A DNA stretch of 64,000 nucleotides from Pseudomonadota bacterium (GCA_043825735.1 JBDRRP010000050.1:1-64000), one strand, 5' to 3'. Shown: positions 47,798-58,898, numbered from the stretch's first letter. The notes: generated by a model not told the origin, from the letters alone. Program-made: numbers and translations.

Positions 47798-50548
47798 ATG
47801 TCGGTAAAGTCACGGTTTGCATCCTTTCCGATCCGCTACAAACTGTTTGTCAGTTTTCTGGTCTTTTTCCTTCCGCTGGCGACAATGGGCTCCACCTTCG
47901 TCTACTTCCAGATGAAACAGGCCATTAAGAGCAGCATTGAAAGCGAGTTGACCAATACCACCGAATCCCTGCTTAAAATGGTGCAGGCATCGGCTGTCGT
48001 GTCGGTTAAAAACTATCTCCGGGCCATTGCCGAAAAAAACCTGGAGGAGGTCAGCTATCTATACAACCGGTTCCTCAAGGGGCGCATTACCGAAGCAGAG
48101 GCCCTTGGACGAATCCGAGAGCTTCTTTTGAGCCAGGAGATCGGGCAGACCGGATACATCTACTGCATCAACAGCCAGGGCATCGTGGTGTTGCATCCCC
48201 ATGCGGGGGTGGAAGGCACCAATGTTTCTCATTACCCGTTCGTTCAGCAGCAGATAAGGCTCAAGAACGGCTATATCGAATACGACTGGAAAAATCCGGG
48301 AGAAACGAGCCCTCGGCCCAAGGCGCTTTATATGAGCTATTTTGCGCCGCTGGACTGGATTATTTCGGTATCCAGCTACCGCGAAGAGTTCTACCAGCTG
48401 CTCAACATTGAAGATTTCCGTGAAGGGATTCTATCCCTGCGTTTTGGCAACAGCGGTTATGCATTTGTCCTGAACAGCTACGGGGTGCCAATCATTGCAG
48501 GCAAGGGAGGCCCGGCGCTGTCGGCCGAGCCCGAAATACTTCCCCATGCGACGCTCATGGAGATGGTCCGTCTTAAATCCGGTCGACTGACGGTCACCGC
48601 TGTCGAGGCTGATAACCGCCGGCGGGAAAAGTTGGTATTTTTCAGGTATATTCCGGGCTACCAGTGGATTGTGGCCTCGGCCGTTTACACGGACGAAGTC
48701 TACAGCCCTCTTTACATGGTGCGCAATATTATCATCCTGGCCCTGGTGGCGGCCCTTCTTGTCGCCTCTACGCTGACCTTGTTGATCAGCGGCAGCATCA
48801 CCCGTCCGCTGGAGCGGCTGACGAAAAAATTCGCTCTCGGTGCTGACGGGGATTTCTCCATACGCATGCACCACGACAGTGCCGATGAGTTGGGGAAACT
48901 ATCATCGTATTTTAACGACTTCATGGACCGGCTGGAAACCTATCAAAATTCGTTGACGACGGAAATCCGTGAGCGGGAGGAGACCGAGCAGGCGCTCCGG
49001 GAAAGTGAAGCACGGTTTCGGGATCTTTACGATAAATCCAAACGCGAGGAAGAACTTTATGTCTCACTGCTGAGCGCCTCGCCTGATGCCATTGTGGTCT
49101 ACGATCTGGAAGGGCGGGTGGTTTACGTCAACCCGGCCTTTACCGACATTTTTGGCTGGACGCTCGCTGCGCTCAAAGGGGAGCGGATTCCTTTCGTGCC
49201 GGACTCCGAACGGGAGGCGTCATGGGCCATCATCCAGGCGCTCATCGATCACGGTACGCCGTGCAGCGGTTTTGAATCCCGGCGGCTGACCAAGGACGGC
49301 AACCTTATCAACGTCAGCATCAGCGGGGCCCGCTACCATGACGCGGCCGGCAAGCCGGCCGGCATGCTGTCCATCTTGCGCGATGTATCCGAAACTAAAA
49401 AGCTCCAGGCCCAGGTGCAGCACGGCCAGCGCATGGAGTCCATTGGTACGCTTGCCGGCGGCATCGCCCATGACTTCAACAATCTGCTCATGGGCATCCA
49501 GGGCCGCGCCTCGCTCATGCTTTCCGATATCGGCGCCGGTCATCCCTATGAAGATCACCTCAAGGGCATCGAAGACTATGTCCAGACCGCCGCCGATCTG
49601 ACGCGGCAGCTGCTGGGGTTTGCCAGGGGCGGGAAATACGAGGTCACGGTGCTGGCCCCCAATGTCGTAGTGGAAAAAACCGCCGCCATGTTCGGACGCA
49701 CACACAAGGAAATCGACATTCGCAGCGACCTTGCCGCGGATCTGCTGTGCATCGAAGCCGATCGCTCCCAGATGGAGCAAGTGCTGCTCAACCTTTTCGT
49801 CAACGCCTGGCATGCCATGCCCGACGGCGGTGAGCTCCGGCTCACCACGCGCAACCGGCACCTTGAAGGCGAGGCGGCCGCGGGTATCGGGATTCCCCCG
49901 GGACAATACGTCCTCATCCGCGTAGGAGATACCGGTATCGGCATGTCCAGGGAAATCATCTCTCGAATATTCGATCCCTTTTTCACGACAAAAGAACGCA
50001 GCCGGGGCACAGGGCTCGGTCTGTCATCGGCGTATGGCATCGTGCGCAACCACGGCGGCATGATTACCGTTGAGAGCCGGCCCGGGGCCGGGGCCGTATT
50101 TGACATTTATCTTCCGGCGTTGGACCGGAGCGCCGTGGATGCCGGGCCTCAGGAAAGCGAGGCGCTGGTCCGAGGCACGGGAACCATCCTTCTGGTGGAC
50201 GATGAGAAGATTATCCTGGAGGTGGGCAGCGCGCTGCTGGAGACACTCGGCTATCAGGTTTTGACTGCTTCCAGCGGCCGCCAGGCACTTGATTTGTATG
50301 TGGCCCACAGCGCCGATATCCGTGCGGTCATACTGGACATGATCATGCCGGAAATGAAGGGCGCGGCGGTCTTTGATGCGCTCAAGGCGATCGATCCGAA
50401 GATCCGGGTCCTGCTATCGAGCGGTTACAGCATCAACGGCCAGGCCCAGGAGATCATGGCCAAAGGCTGCAGCGGATTCATTCAAAAACCCTTTTCCATT
50501 CATACCCTGTCTTTGAAGCTTGCAGAGATCCTTGCGCGTGAGCGGTGA
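47798..50548 (+). CDS. hybrid histidine kinase (Cache, HAMP, PAS, HisKA, HATPase, REC)
   Basis: GGIAHDFNN, PFFTTK, GTGLGL, C-terminal REC. Confidence 0.92.
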   Translation: MSVKSRFASFPIRYKLFVSFLVFFLPLATMGSTFVYFQMKQAIKSSIESELTNTTESLLKMVQASAVVSVKNYLRAIAEKNLEEVSYLYNRFLKGRITEAEALGRIRELLLSQEIGQTGYIYCINSQGIVVLHPHAGVEGTNVSHYPFVQQQIRLKNGYIEYDWKNPGETSPRPKALYMSYFAPLDWIISVSSYREEFYQLLNIEDFREGILSLRFGNSGYAFVLNSYGVPIIAGKGGPALSAEPEILPHATLMEMVRLKSGRLTVTAVEADNRRREKLVFFRYIPGYQWIVASAVYTDEVYSPLYMVRNIIILALVAALLVASTLTLLISGSITRPLERLTKKFALGADGDFSIRMHHDSADELGKLSSYFNDFMDRLETYQNSLTTEIREREETEQALRESEARFRDLYDKSKREEELYVSLLSASPDAIVVYDLEGRVVYVNPAFTDIFGWTLAALKGERIPFVPDSEREASWAIIQALIDHGTPCSGFESRRLTKDGNLINVSISGARYHDAAGKPAGMLSILRDVSETKKLQAQVQHGQRMESIGTLAGGIAHDFNNLLMGIQGRASLMLSDIGAGHPYEDHLKGIEDYVQTAADLTRQLLGFARGGKYEVTVLAPNVVVEKTAAMFGRTHKEIDIRSDLAADLLCIEADRSQMEQVLLNLFVNAWHAMPDGGELRLTTRNRHLEGEAAAGIGIPPGQYVLIRVGDTGIGMSREIISRIFDPFFTTKERSRGTGLGLSSAYGIVRNHGGMITVESRPGAGAVFDIYLPALDRSAVDAGPQESEALVRGTGTILLVDDEKIILEVGSALLETLGYQVLTASSGRQALDLYVAHSADIRAVILDMIMPEMKGAAVFDALKAIDPKIRVLLSSGYSINGQAQEIMAKGCSGFIQKPFSIHTLSLKLAEILARER

Positions 50549-50850
50549 CGGGGAAAAAGCGGCATTCCTTGCACCCATGCACCCACCGTTGTCCCAGGGC
50601 ACTTTTCAATGAGATCGGCCATCCCGTCATTTTGGGTTGGGTATAAAAATGCCGGCCTGAAGCGTACCGGATGGCATGCTAATTCCGATAAATAACCAAT
50701 CATAACAAGATTTTATGGTTTTCTTTTTTCTTGACAGCCGTGGCATAGTTCTATAAAAACCGCCTTTCGACAGTCATTTGGTGGGGCATCGGCCCTGTCT
50801 GTTTTACAACCTGTTTATTCAGCGATCCTACCATCTGAAAGGAGTGCGAA

Positions 50851-51672
50851 ATGCGTCACCTCAAATGCTGCTGGCTCATTTTTCTTGTTTTCTTTCTGGT
50901 TGGCGCCGTCGGCGCGCCGACGGCGCTTGCCGAACAGGCTGCGGGACCAAAGTGGAAGGTGACCCTCGGGGGATGGTTTGCAAACGATTCCAGCTACGAT
51001 GAAAACCCGGGTTCTCAGACCAGCGGCAAAGTTTGGGGAGATTTTGCAACCAACTGGTACGCGCTGGTTTTTGAAGGACGGCTGTCGGATCGGTTCCTTT
51101 TTGATGTGGGCTACACCCGCGGTGATATCCAAAAAAACAGGATGTATCTGCACGCGACCTCAAGCTATACTGAGATCAGCGGATTTGCCAACAAGTTCCA
51201 CGGAACCGGCTATTACAGGCTCATTGAAGACGCCGGCAGTTATCTGGACGGCTCCCTTGCTCTGTATTACAACGCCGCCAACAAGTCGTTCAGCGACAAG
51301 GTCACCAATGGCGTGCTCACCAATCCGGGTGAATGGGGCGATTATTCCATCAACTGGTTCGGGGCGGCGCTTGGTGCCAGAGGGCGATACATGCTCGTGC
51401 CGGTCTTCGGATTCGGCGGTAAGCTGGGTGTCAGTCCCTACGTTTCCAACAATACGGAAGTTACCGGCTACGGTCCGGTCATGAAGGAATCGGCCAATGG
51501 CTGGGGTTACAACGGTGAGGTCAGCGCCGTGTGGATTCCGGGACTGTCGGGCTTTGAAGTCGAAGCCGGATATCGTTACGAGCGGATTTACTTCAATGAG
51601 CCCTCTGCCAGCAGCTTCGATCTGGATATCCGCTACGGCGGGCCGTTCGTCGAGGTATCCTACCGATTTTAA
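50851..51672 (+). CDS. probable outer-membrane beta-barrel protein
   Basis: Signal peptide, alternating aromatic strands, C-terminal VSYRF. Confidence 0.75.
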   Translation: MRHLKCCWLIFLVFFLVGAVGAPTALAEQAAGPKWKVTLGGWFANDSSYDENPGSQTSGKVWGDFATNWYALVFEGRLSDRFLFDVGYTRGDIQKNRMYLHATSSYTEISGFANKFHGTGYYRLIEDAGSYLDGSLALYYNAANKSFSDKVTNGVLTNPGEWGDYSINWFGAALGARGRYMLVPVFGFGGKLGVSPYVSNNTEVTGYGPVMKESANGWGYNGEVSAVWIPGLSGFEVEAGYRYERIYFNEPSASSFDLDIRYGGPFVEVSYRF

Positions 51673-51952
51673 GCGGCCGCTCCCGGCCGCCGTGTTCTCA
51701 GAACATGGCCGCATCGACCCTCTTTGCAAAGGACCTCGGATTCCGTGGAATCCGGGGTCTTCTGTTCGAAGGTGGGGCCGCGGGAGCCATCGATCCAGTC
51801 GTGAATGACTGCCGCGGCCACATCCGGCGCCGCCATCTGAAAGAGCGCCATTCGAAGGACTGGCGCGGGCGAATGCAGTGCCCGTTGTTTTGACTTTGTC
51901 TTCGGTTGCCGTTATGGTGGCGCAACATTTCCTTCAGGATAACCCTCACGCC

Positions 51953-52561
51953 ATGTACACAGACAACGACACGCTGGACTTTTACGCGCGCCACAGCACC
52001 CGTTTTGCCGAGCGTTACGAATCGCTGGATCCGGAAACGATCCATGCCCCCTGGAAGGACCTGCTGCCGCCGCCTTGCCGGGTGCTGGATGCCGGGGCCG
52101 GCACGGGACGAGACGCGGCCTGGCTTGCCGCACTGGGCTACCGCGTGGCTGCCATGGAGCCGGTGGCGGCTTTCAGGGACTACGGCAGCACTCACCATAC
52201 GCACCCCAACATCCGGTGGATTGACGACCGATTGCCCTCCTGCCGCAGCGTGCGTCGACTGGGGCTGCGATTTGGCCTCATATTGGCCGGCGGCGTGTGG
52301 ATGCACCTGGCCGCTGCCGATCAGTCGGTGGCCATGACCTATCTGGCCGGTCTTCTGGGCCGCGGCGGGCGCCTGGTGATCACGCTCCGACACGGGCCAT
52401 CCCCCGACGGCCGGCGCATGCGGCCTGTGACGGGCAGGGACGTGGGTAAACAGGCTGCGGCTGCCGGCCTGGCGCTCATCCGCGATGCCGGCAGTCCGGA
52501 CGCTTTCAGCCGTGCCGACATTTCCTGGCAGGCGCTGGTGTACGAAAAACCGCGGCAATAA
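51953..52561 (+). CDS. class I SAM-dependent methyltransferase
   Basis: VLDAGAGTGRDA, VWMHL, LRHGP. Confidence 0.85.
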   Translation: MYTDNDTLDFYARHSTRFAERYESLDPETIHAPWKDLLPPPCRVLDAGAGTGRDAAWLAALGYRVAAMEPVAAFRDYGSTHHTHPNIRWIDDRLPSCRSVRRLGLRFGLILAGGVWMHLAAADQSVAMTYLAGLLGRGGRLVITLRHGPSPDGRRMRPVTGRDVGKQAAAAGLALIRDAGSPDAFSRADISWQALVYEKPRQ

Positions 52562-52573
52562 GAGGTTGTTAAA

Positions 52574-53812
52574 ATGCTGCAGAGTGGTTTCGGTCTCATC
52601 GTGTTTATCCTGGCCGCCTGGCTCTTGAGCGAGAACCGGCGGCGGGTGTGTGTTCGGACGGTGCTTGCCGGGGTTGGGCTCCAACTGCTTATCGGCGCGC
52701 TTTTGCTGAACCTGCCGGTGTTCATCGCCTTTTTCAAGATGCTCAACCGGGTGGTGCTATCGCTGCAGGAATCCACACAGGCCGGCACCAGCATGGTGTT
52801 CGGCTATCTGGGCGGCGGCAGCCTGCCATTTGCCGAATCGTTTCCCGGGGCCAGCTTCATCCTGGCCTTTCAGGCGCTGCCCCTGGTGCTGGTGATCAGC
52901 GCCCTGTCGGCGCTTCTTTTCTACTGGAAGATTCTGCCGCTGGTGGTGCGCGGGTTTTCCTGGTTGCTGGTCAAAACGATGGGGCTTGGCGGTGCTGAGG
53001 GGCTCTCGGTGTCGGCCAATGTCTTCGTGGGTATGGTCGAGGCGCCGCTGTTTATCAGGCCCTACCTGACCCACATGACCCGCAGCGAGCTGTTTACCCT
53101 CATGACCAGCGGCATGGCCACCATCGCCGGCACCGTGATGGTGCTCTACGCAACGATTTTAAGCCCGGTCATCCCCGACATCATGGGGCACATTCTCACC
53201 GCATCCATCATCAGCGTACCGGCGGCCGTGACCATCGCCAAGATCATGGTCCCCGAAACCGGCGAGGTGACCACCGGCCGGGTGGAGATCGCACGGGAGG
53301 CCGCCAGTGCCATGGACGCCGTCACCCGTGGCACCCTCCAGGGCGTCCAGCTGCTCATCAACATCGTGGCCATGCTCGTGGTGCTGGTGGCCCTGGTGCA
53401 TCTGGTGAACCTGGTGCTGGGCCTTCTGCCGGCGGTGGCGGGCGGCCCTCTCACGCTGCAGCGCATCCTGTCGCTGTTGATGGCCCCGGTGGTCTGGCTC
53501 ATGGGCATCCCCTGGGCCGAGTCGGCCGCGGCCGGCGCCCTCATGGGCACCAAGACCATCCTCAACGAGTTTCTGGCTTACCTCCAGTTGAGCCATCTCC
53601 CGGCCGGGACGCTGAGCCCGCGCAGCCTCATCATCATCACCTATGCGATGTGCGGATTTGCCAATCCCGGCAGCCTTGGCATCATGATCGGGGGCATGGG
53701 CACCATGGCCCCGGAGCGCCGGGAGGAAATCGTTTCCCTGGGATTCAAATCCATCGTGGCGGGCACCATGGCCACCTGCATGACCGGGGCGGTGGTGGGG
53801 CTGATCCGGTGA
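52574..53812 (+). CDS. CNT/NupC family nucleoside transporter
   Basis: NVFVGMVEAP, GMATIAG, NEFLAY, CGFAN. Confidence 0.92.
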   Translation: MLQSGFGLIVFILAAWLLSENRRRVCVRTVLAGVGLQLLIGALLLNLPVFIAFFKMLNRVVLSLQESTQAGTSMVFGYLGGGSLPFAESFPGASFILAFQALPLVLVISALSALLFYWKILPLVVRGFSWLLVKTMGLGGAEGLSVSANVFVGMVEAPLFIRPYLTHMTRSELFTLMTSGMATIAGTVMVLYATILSPVIPDIMGHILTASIISVPAAVTIAKIMVPETGEVTTGRVEIAREAASAMDAVTRGTLQGVQLLINIVAMLVVLVALVHLVNLVLGLLPAVAGGPLTLQRILSLLMAPVVWLMGIPWAESAAAGALMGTKTILNEFLAYLQLSHLPAGTLSPRSLIIITYAMCGFANPGSLGIMIGGMGTMAPERREEIVSLGFKSIVAGTMATCMTGAVVGLIR

Positions 53813-53890
53813 GACCGCCAAGACCCGGAAACACTCACGGGCCATGTAATCATTGACAGTTGCTGGATGATAGCCGGAAATTTTTAAGCT

Positions 53891-54142
53891 TGGTTATGCA
53901 CTATCCTACAGTGGATGGGCCGGCGCTGTTTGAGCAAATGAAATTCGTCATTGCACTGAAGCGCCCATCGCGGCATTTCATATTGGCACAGGAGGTTACT
54001 AAATCGTGTAGGGTGCGGGGTTTATCCCCGCCCGTGATTGGTGAACACAAACGATCGGGGGTATCTTCGCCGATTGCGGGAGGAGATGAACCCCTTCCCT
54101 ACGAAACTGCCAGAACCCCAGTTGGAGAATAGTGCATAACCA
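53891..54142. mobile_element. 252-bp MITE-like element with terminal inverted repeats
   Basis: tggttatgcactat / atagtgcataacca perfect 14-bp IR, extending imperfectly to about 24 bp. Confidence 0.6.
54008..54102. repeat. GTAG-type REP doublet (REPIN-like)
   Basis: gtagggtgcggggtttatccccgccc ... gcgggaggagatgaaccccttccctac. Confidence 0.7.
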
Positions 54143-54221
54143 GGTTATTAAAATATATCGGTCTAATGTTGTGTACTAAAATGTATTTCTGATCCGGCCA
54201 GGAAAGCCTCAGGTGGCGACC

Positions 54222-54479
54222 ATGTCCTACAAGAAAAGAAAACGGCGGAAAAAAATCAGGAAGAAAGACATCAAACTCTTTCTGGTGATGTGCGCCATCG
54301 CCGCGGCCATCGGGGCCATGCTGACCCTTTTTTACGGAAGTGGCGACAAGGCTTGGAACCTGATGACCGAAAGTATCATCCAGGAGTACCAGCACCGCAC
54401 CGGGAAAAATGTCGATCCCGCAACCCGCCGGCAAATCGAATCGGCTGTAGACAGCGCCGCCGGGAAAGACGAACGGTGA
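54222..54479 (+). CDS. small single-pass membrane protein, hypothetical
   Basis: Basic N-terminus followed by one TM helix. Confidence 0.6.
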   Translation: MSYKKRKRRKKIRKKDIKLFLVMCAIAAAIGAMLTLFYGSGDKAWNLMTESIIQEYQHRTGKNVDPATRRQIESAVDSAAGKDER

Positions 54480-54527
54480 ACCGCGTCTATAACGCCCTTT
54501 GTCTTCAAACGGAAATGGTTAACGGCC

Positions 54528-55313
54528 TTAACGCGGCGGCAGGAGCATGTCTTGATCGGCGTCCATCCAGGCCGGGAAGGTTTGCCGGTAGGTGTCCAGG
54601 CGCTCGCGGGAAAGGACTTGGGTGTGGCAGCCGGCATCGATGCGGCTTTCAAACAGGACTTCGCCCTCGGGCGCGATAACGGCAGAATCCCCGCTGTAGA
54701 AAACGCCGTTGCCATCGGTACCCACCCGGTTGACCCCTACGACGTAGCTGAGATTTTCAATGGCCCTGGCGATGAGGAGCTGGCGCCAGTGGGGGGCGCG
54801 GCGCTCGGGCCAGTTGGCCACGAAGAGGGCCACATCGTAGGCGTTGTCCAGATTACGGGTCCACAAGGGAAAGCGCAAATCGTAGCAGATGAAGGGACGG
54901 ATGCGCCATCCGCGCCAGTCCACGGTGAGAAGACGGTTCCCGGCGGCATACACGTCGTGCTCGCCGGCCATCCGGAAGCGGTGGCGCTTGTCATAGGTGG
55001 CGATGGCGCCATCGGGCGCTGCCCAGATGAGCCGGTTGTAGTAGTTGCCGTCCTCGGCGATGATGAGGCTCCCGGTGACCGCGGCGGTTTTTTCAGCGGC
55101 CAGTGCCCTCATCCACTGCACGGCCGGGCCGTCCATTGTCTGGGCGATGGGGGCCGGGTTCATGGAAAACCCCGTGGCGAACATTTCCGGCAGCACGATG
55201 AGATCGGTGTCCATCTCGCCGGATGGCAACTGCCCCTTCAGGGCCGCCAGGTTGGCCGCGCTGTCTTCCCACACGAGATCGCTCTGGACCAGGGTGACGC
55301 TCAGATCCGGCAT
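54528..55313 (-). CDS. nitrilase-family omega-amidase (YafV-like)
   Basis: LPEMF, YDKRH, ICYDLRFP. Confidence 0.9.
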   Translation of the reverse strand: MPDLSVTLVQSDLVWEDSAANLAALKGQLPSGEMDTDLIVLPEMFATGFSMNPAPIAQTMDGPAVQWMRALAAEKTAAVTGSLIIAEDGNYYNRLIWAAPDGAIATYDKRHRFRMAGEHDVYAAGNRLLTVDWRGWRIRPFICYDLRFPLWTRNLDNAYDVALFVANWPERRAPHWRQLLIARAIENLSYVVGVNRVGTDGNGVFYSGDSAVIAPEGEVLFESRIDAGCHTQVLSRERLDTYRQTFPAWMDADQDMLLPPR

Positions 55314-56443
55314 AATCGCTCCGCGGCCGCCTCAAGGGTATCGTCGTTTTTGGCAAAGCAAAAGCGCAGCACCCGGTTGTCTTCTCCGTCATGGTAGAAC
55401 ACCGACGGCGGAATGGCGGCGACCTTGTGCACCTCGGTGATGCGGCGGGCGAAGACCGTGTCGGGGTCCCGGGAAACGGCGCTGTAGTCCATCATGGCAA
55501 AATAGGTGCCGCTGCAGGGCAGCGGCTTGAGGCGTGAGGCAGCGGTGAGCGCCAGAAACCGGTCCCGTTTTTTCTGGTAGAACGCGGGCAGATCCAGGTA
55601 GTGGAACGGCGCTGCCAGCGCGTCGGCCAGCGCCATCTGCACCGGCGTGTTGGTGGCGAAGGTGAGGTACTGATGGATGCGCTGAAACTCGCGCGTCAGG
55701 GGGGCCGGCGCCAGGCAGTAGCCGACTTTCCAGCCCGTGGCGTGAAAGGTCTTGCCGAAGCTGCCGATGACGAAACTGCGCTCGGCGAGGGCCGGGACGG
55801 CCGACATGCTGTGGTGCGGCCTTCCGTCGAAGATGATGTGCTCGTAGACCTCGTCGCTGACGATGAAAAACGGGTGCGCCGCGGCCAGGTCTTCCAGGGC
55901 GGCCACGTCTGCTTCGGTCCATACCGCTCCCGTGGGATTGTGGGGTGAGTTGAGAATCATGAGCCGGGTGCGGGGGGTGATGATGCTTTTGACGTGATCC
56001 CAGTCCACCCGGTAGTCGGGGTAGTGGTAGCTGGTGAATACCGGAATGCCGCCGTTGAGGGTCACCACCGGGACGTAGGCATCGTAGGCCGGCTCCACGA
56101 TGATCACCTCGTCGCCGGGCCGGACCACGGCGGTGATGGCGGCATACAGCGCTTCGGTAGCGCCCGAGGTGACGGTGATTTCCGTGGCCGGGTCGTAGAC
56201 GGCGCCGTAAAGCCGGCGGGCCTTTTCCGCGATTTTTTCCCTCAATGCCAGCACGCCTTGCATGGGTGCGTACTGATTGTGGCCGGCACGCATATGCGCG
56301 CCGATACCATCGATGATTTCCGGTGCCGGGTCGAAGTCCGGAAATCCCTGGCTGAGATTGATGGCCCCGGCGCTGTTGGCCAGCTGGGTCATTACCGAAA
56401 AGATGGTGACGCCAACATCGGGAAGTTTGGATGTCATCTGCAT
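55301..56443 (-). CDS. methionine aminotransferase (YbdL-like, class I/II)
   Basis: INLSQGFP, NSPHNPTG, DEVYEH, SFGKTFHATGWK. Confidence 0.9.
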   Translation of the reverse strand: MQMTSKLPDVGVTIFSVMTQLANSAGAINLSQGFPDFDPAPEIIDGIGAHMRAGHNQYAPMQGVLALREKIAEKARRLYGAVYDPATEITVTSGATEALYAAITAVVRPGDEVIIVEPAYDAYVPVVTLNGGIPVFTSYHYPDYRVDWDHVKSIITPRTRLMILNSPHNPTGAVWTEADVAALEDLAAAHPFFIVSDEVYEHIIFDGRPHHSMSAVPALAERSFVIGSFGKTFHATGWKVGYCLAPAPLTREFQRIHQYLTFATNTPVQMALADALAAPFHYLDLPAFYQKKRDRFLALTAASRLKPLPCSGTYFAMMDYSAVSRDPDTVFARRITEVHKVAAIPPSVFYHDGEDNRVLRFCFAKNDDTLEAAAERLCRI

Positions 56444-56652
56444 GACAATCTCCGTCGGGTGGGTTTTTGAAAAAGGCGATAGCCCTTTAACCACGAAGAA
56501 CACGAAGTGCACGAAGAAAGCAAGTGAGATATGTACTATATGCCGCACCAATGCAAGCAACTGCGTGACGGGTTGCAATCATGGGCTTTTTGTTACTATC
56601 TATGCGAGCGATGGTGTCGACGGACACCCACTGATTAACAAACGGGCATGCG

Positions 56653-57471
56653 ATGATTCTAAAAATCATATCCGGCGGACAGACCGGTGTGGACCGGGGC
56701 GCCCTGGATACGGCCATTAAACTGGGCGTCCCCCACGGCGGCTGGCTGCCGCGCGGTAGAAAGACCGAGGACGGCCGCCTGCCGGATCACTACGACCTTC
56801 AGGAGCTGGCCTCGACCGATTACCGGGAGCGCACCGAGTGCAATGTCCGCGACGCCGACGGCACGCTGATCATTTCACCGGACCCGCTCAGCGGGGGCTC
56901 GGCCTACACCCGCCAGATGGCCGAGCAATACGCAAAACCTTGGCTTCACATTAACCCGGCAGCTGCCGGCGAGTTTGCCGCCGCGCGCACCGCGTACGAT
57001 TGGATTGCCGAAAAGGGAATCGAGGTCCTCAATGTCGCGGGTCCCCGGTCCAGCAAGGAACCCGGTATTTATGCGACCACCTGCCGGTTGCTGGAAAGTG
57101 TGTTCTATCTGGACATGATGCAATCCGCGGCGGCGCCCGGCGGTTTTGCGGCTACCTGGAACCGCAGCGGGGCAAGCGGGCAGCCGGCAACCGTGGCGGA
57201 TGCCGTGGCCCAACTGGTGGACAGCTTGCCGCTCAGGGAACGTACCGTCATCGCAGGTACCGGCGGACATGAATGGCAGCAGCTTCGCGCCGGGATCGTC
57301 GATGGCCTGAAGCGCGCCTTTTATCTGGACCGAGGCAACCAGGCCTTAATGGCAGACTGCCGGCGGGCGTCGGGAAATCAGGCGCTCGATAGCGACGGGG
57401 CCGCCGGTGTGCTGATGGAGACCTTGCGGCAGGAGCTCAGGCGGACGCATTTATTGCGCCGTGTCAAATAA
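56653..57471 (+). CDS. putative molybdenum carrier (SLOG) protein with C-terminal extension
   Basis: ISGGQTGVDRGAL, RTECNV, LNVAGPR. Confidence 0.85.
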   Translation: MILKIISGGQTGVDRGALDTAIKLGVPHGGWLPRGRKTEDGRLPDHYDLQELASTDYRERTECNVRDADGTLIISPDPLSGGSAYTRQMAEQYAKPWLHINPAAAGEFAAARTAYDWIAEKGIEVLNVAGPRSSKEPGIYATTCRLLESVFYLDMMQSAAAPGGFAATWNRSGASGQPATVADAVAQLVDSLPLRERTVIAGTGGHEWQQLRAGIVDGLKRAFYLDRGNQALMADCRRASGNQALDSDGAAGVLMETLRQELRRTHLLRRVK

Positions 57472-57487
57472 GGATCTGGAAACGCAT

Positions 57488-57940
57488 ATGAGCGACATCG
57501 TTTTTGTGTGTACCGGTAATATCTGCCGAAGCCCCATGGCCGAAGGGCTGATGCGGCTTCGTTTCGAGGCGGCGGGCATCCATTCGGTGAACGTGACCTC
57601 CATGGGGATTCACGGTCTGGACAACGCACCGGCCACGCTGGAGGCGCGCCAGGTATGTGAGGAAAACGGTTTCGATATTTCGGCGCACCGGTCGCGGTCT
57701 ATCGTGGCCGAGGAAATCCAGGACGCCGATTTGGTGTTTTGCATGGAGCCCATCCACCAGAAGTTTCTTCACACCTATTTTCCCTGGAGCAAGGATCAGG
57801 TCGTTCTTCTGGCCGCCTGGCCGGGAAAGCCCAACCGAAAGAGCGGCGTCACAGATCCCATGGGGCAGCCCATCGACTTTTACCGAAAAATTTTCGATGT
57901 GATTGCCGGCCACCTCGACCGGGTCATGGCGGCGCTGTAG
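57488..57940 (+). CDS. low-molecular-weight protein tyrosine/arginine phosphatase
   Basis: CTGNICRS and DP motifs. Confidence 0.9.
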   Translation: MSDIVFVCTGNICRSPMAEGLMRLRFEAAGIHSVNVTSMGIHGLDNAPATLEARQVCEENGFDISAHRSRSIVAEEIQDADLVFCMEPIHQKFLHTYFPWSKDQVVLLAAWPGKPNRKSGVTDPMGQPIDFYRKIFDVIAGHLDRVMAAL

Positions 57941-58045
57941 CCATGGCGCCCGGTGCGCGAAATCCGGTGCCGGCGCGTTGCGAAGAGAGGGCCGTGGTTA
58001 ACATGATGCCCGAAATGCTCAGAGACGGCCCATGGCAGCGATGAC

Positions 58046-58888
58046 ATGCACCTGACAAGCGGCAGCGCGACCCATGTCCCTGGCGGCACGCGCGCCTGGG
58101 CTCGGTTGAAAACACCACAACCGCGGGGCTTGGTGTTCATACCGCCGCTTATCGGCGGCAGCGCCGGCGGCACGTTTGGCCGCTTTCGCTGGCTGGCGCG
58201 CTCGGGGTTCGATCTTTTCAGTTTCGATTATGCCGGTCACGGTCGATCCGGCGGGGCGTTCTCACTCGGCGGCAGTATGGCAGACTCCCGGCGCATGCTG
58301 CGCATTGCCGCGGATCAGGCCGCCGGGGACAAACTGCCCCTTTACGGCGCGGCAGCCTGCTACGGCGCCATCCCGCTGGTGAGCAGCACTTACTTTCTGG
58401 GAGAGCCCCTGAAGCGCGCGATACTGCTCAACCCGGTGCCTGATTTCAGCGTGGGGGCGATCGTGTCCGGATTTCGCCGCTGGTCGATCGAGGACGCAGC
58501 AGAAGGCGCGCCGGCCGGTCGATGGTCCCGCATCCGGCAATATCTTGACCGCCTTTTTCCGCTCACGGAAAAAGGCATGCACGGCTTCGGCCTGCTTCGC
58601 AGGCACCGGACCCGACTGGTGAAAACGCTGCTGGAGGCCATCCATTTCGCCCCCCTTCAGACGCTTCGCCTGCGGCAGACGCCGGTACTGTGCCTGTATG
58701 CCCGGCGAGATGTTGTCCGGCAGGCTGCAGGGTATGCCTGCGAGCGGGCCTACCGGCGCCGGGTTAGTGATTTTTGCCCCGGCGCCCGGTTTTATGCCGT
58801 CGACGACGATCATTACCTGGCAACGGCGCGTGCGCGCCGGGTGGTCCGAGAGCGGATGCGCGATTTTCTGATGCACTCCGGCGGTTGA
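58046..58888 (+). CDS. alpha/beta hydrolase-fold protein
   Basis: FDYAGHG, AACYG elbow, C-terminal DDH. Confidence 0.65.
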   Translation: MHLTSGSATHVPGGTRAWARLKTPQPRGLVFIPPLIGGSAGGTFGRFRWLARSGFDLFSFDYAGHGRSGGAFSLGGSMADSRRMLRIAADQAAGDKLPLYGAAACYGAIPLVSSTYFLGEPLKRAILLNPVPDFSVGAIVSGFRRWSIEDAAEGAPAGRWSRIRQYLDRLFPLTEKGMHGFGLLRRHRTRLVKTLLEAIHFAPLQTLRLRQTPVLCLYARRDVVRQAAGYACERAYRRRVSDFCPGARFYAVDDDHYLATARARRVVRERMRDFLMHSGG

Positions 58889-58898
58889 GGATGATCCC

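Noticed and set aside
50665..50760. Sigma54 promoter before the beta-barrel gene
   Set aside because: TGGCA is present twice but the -12 TTGC element is not matched
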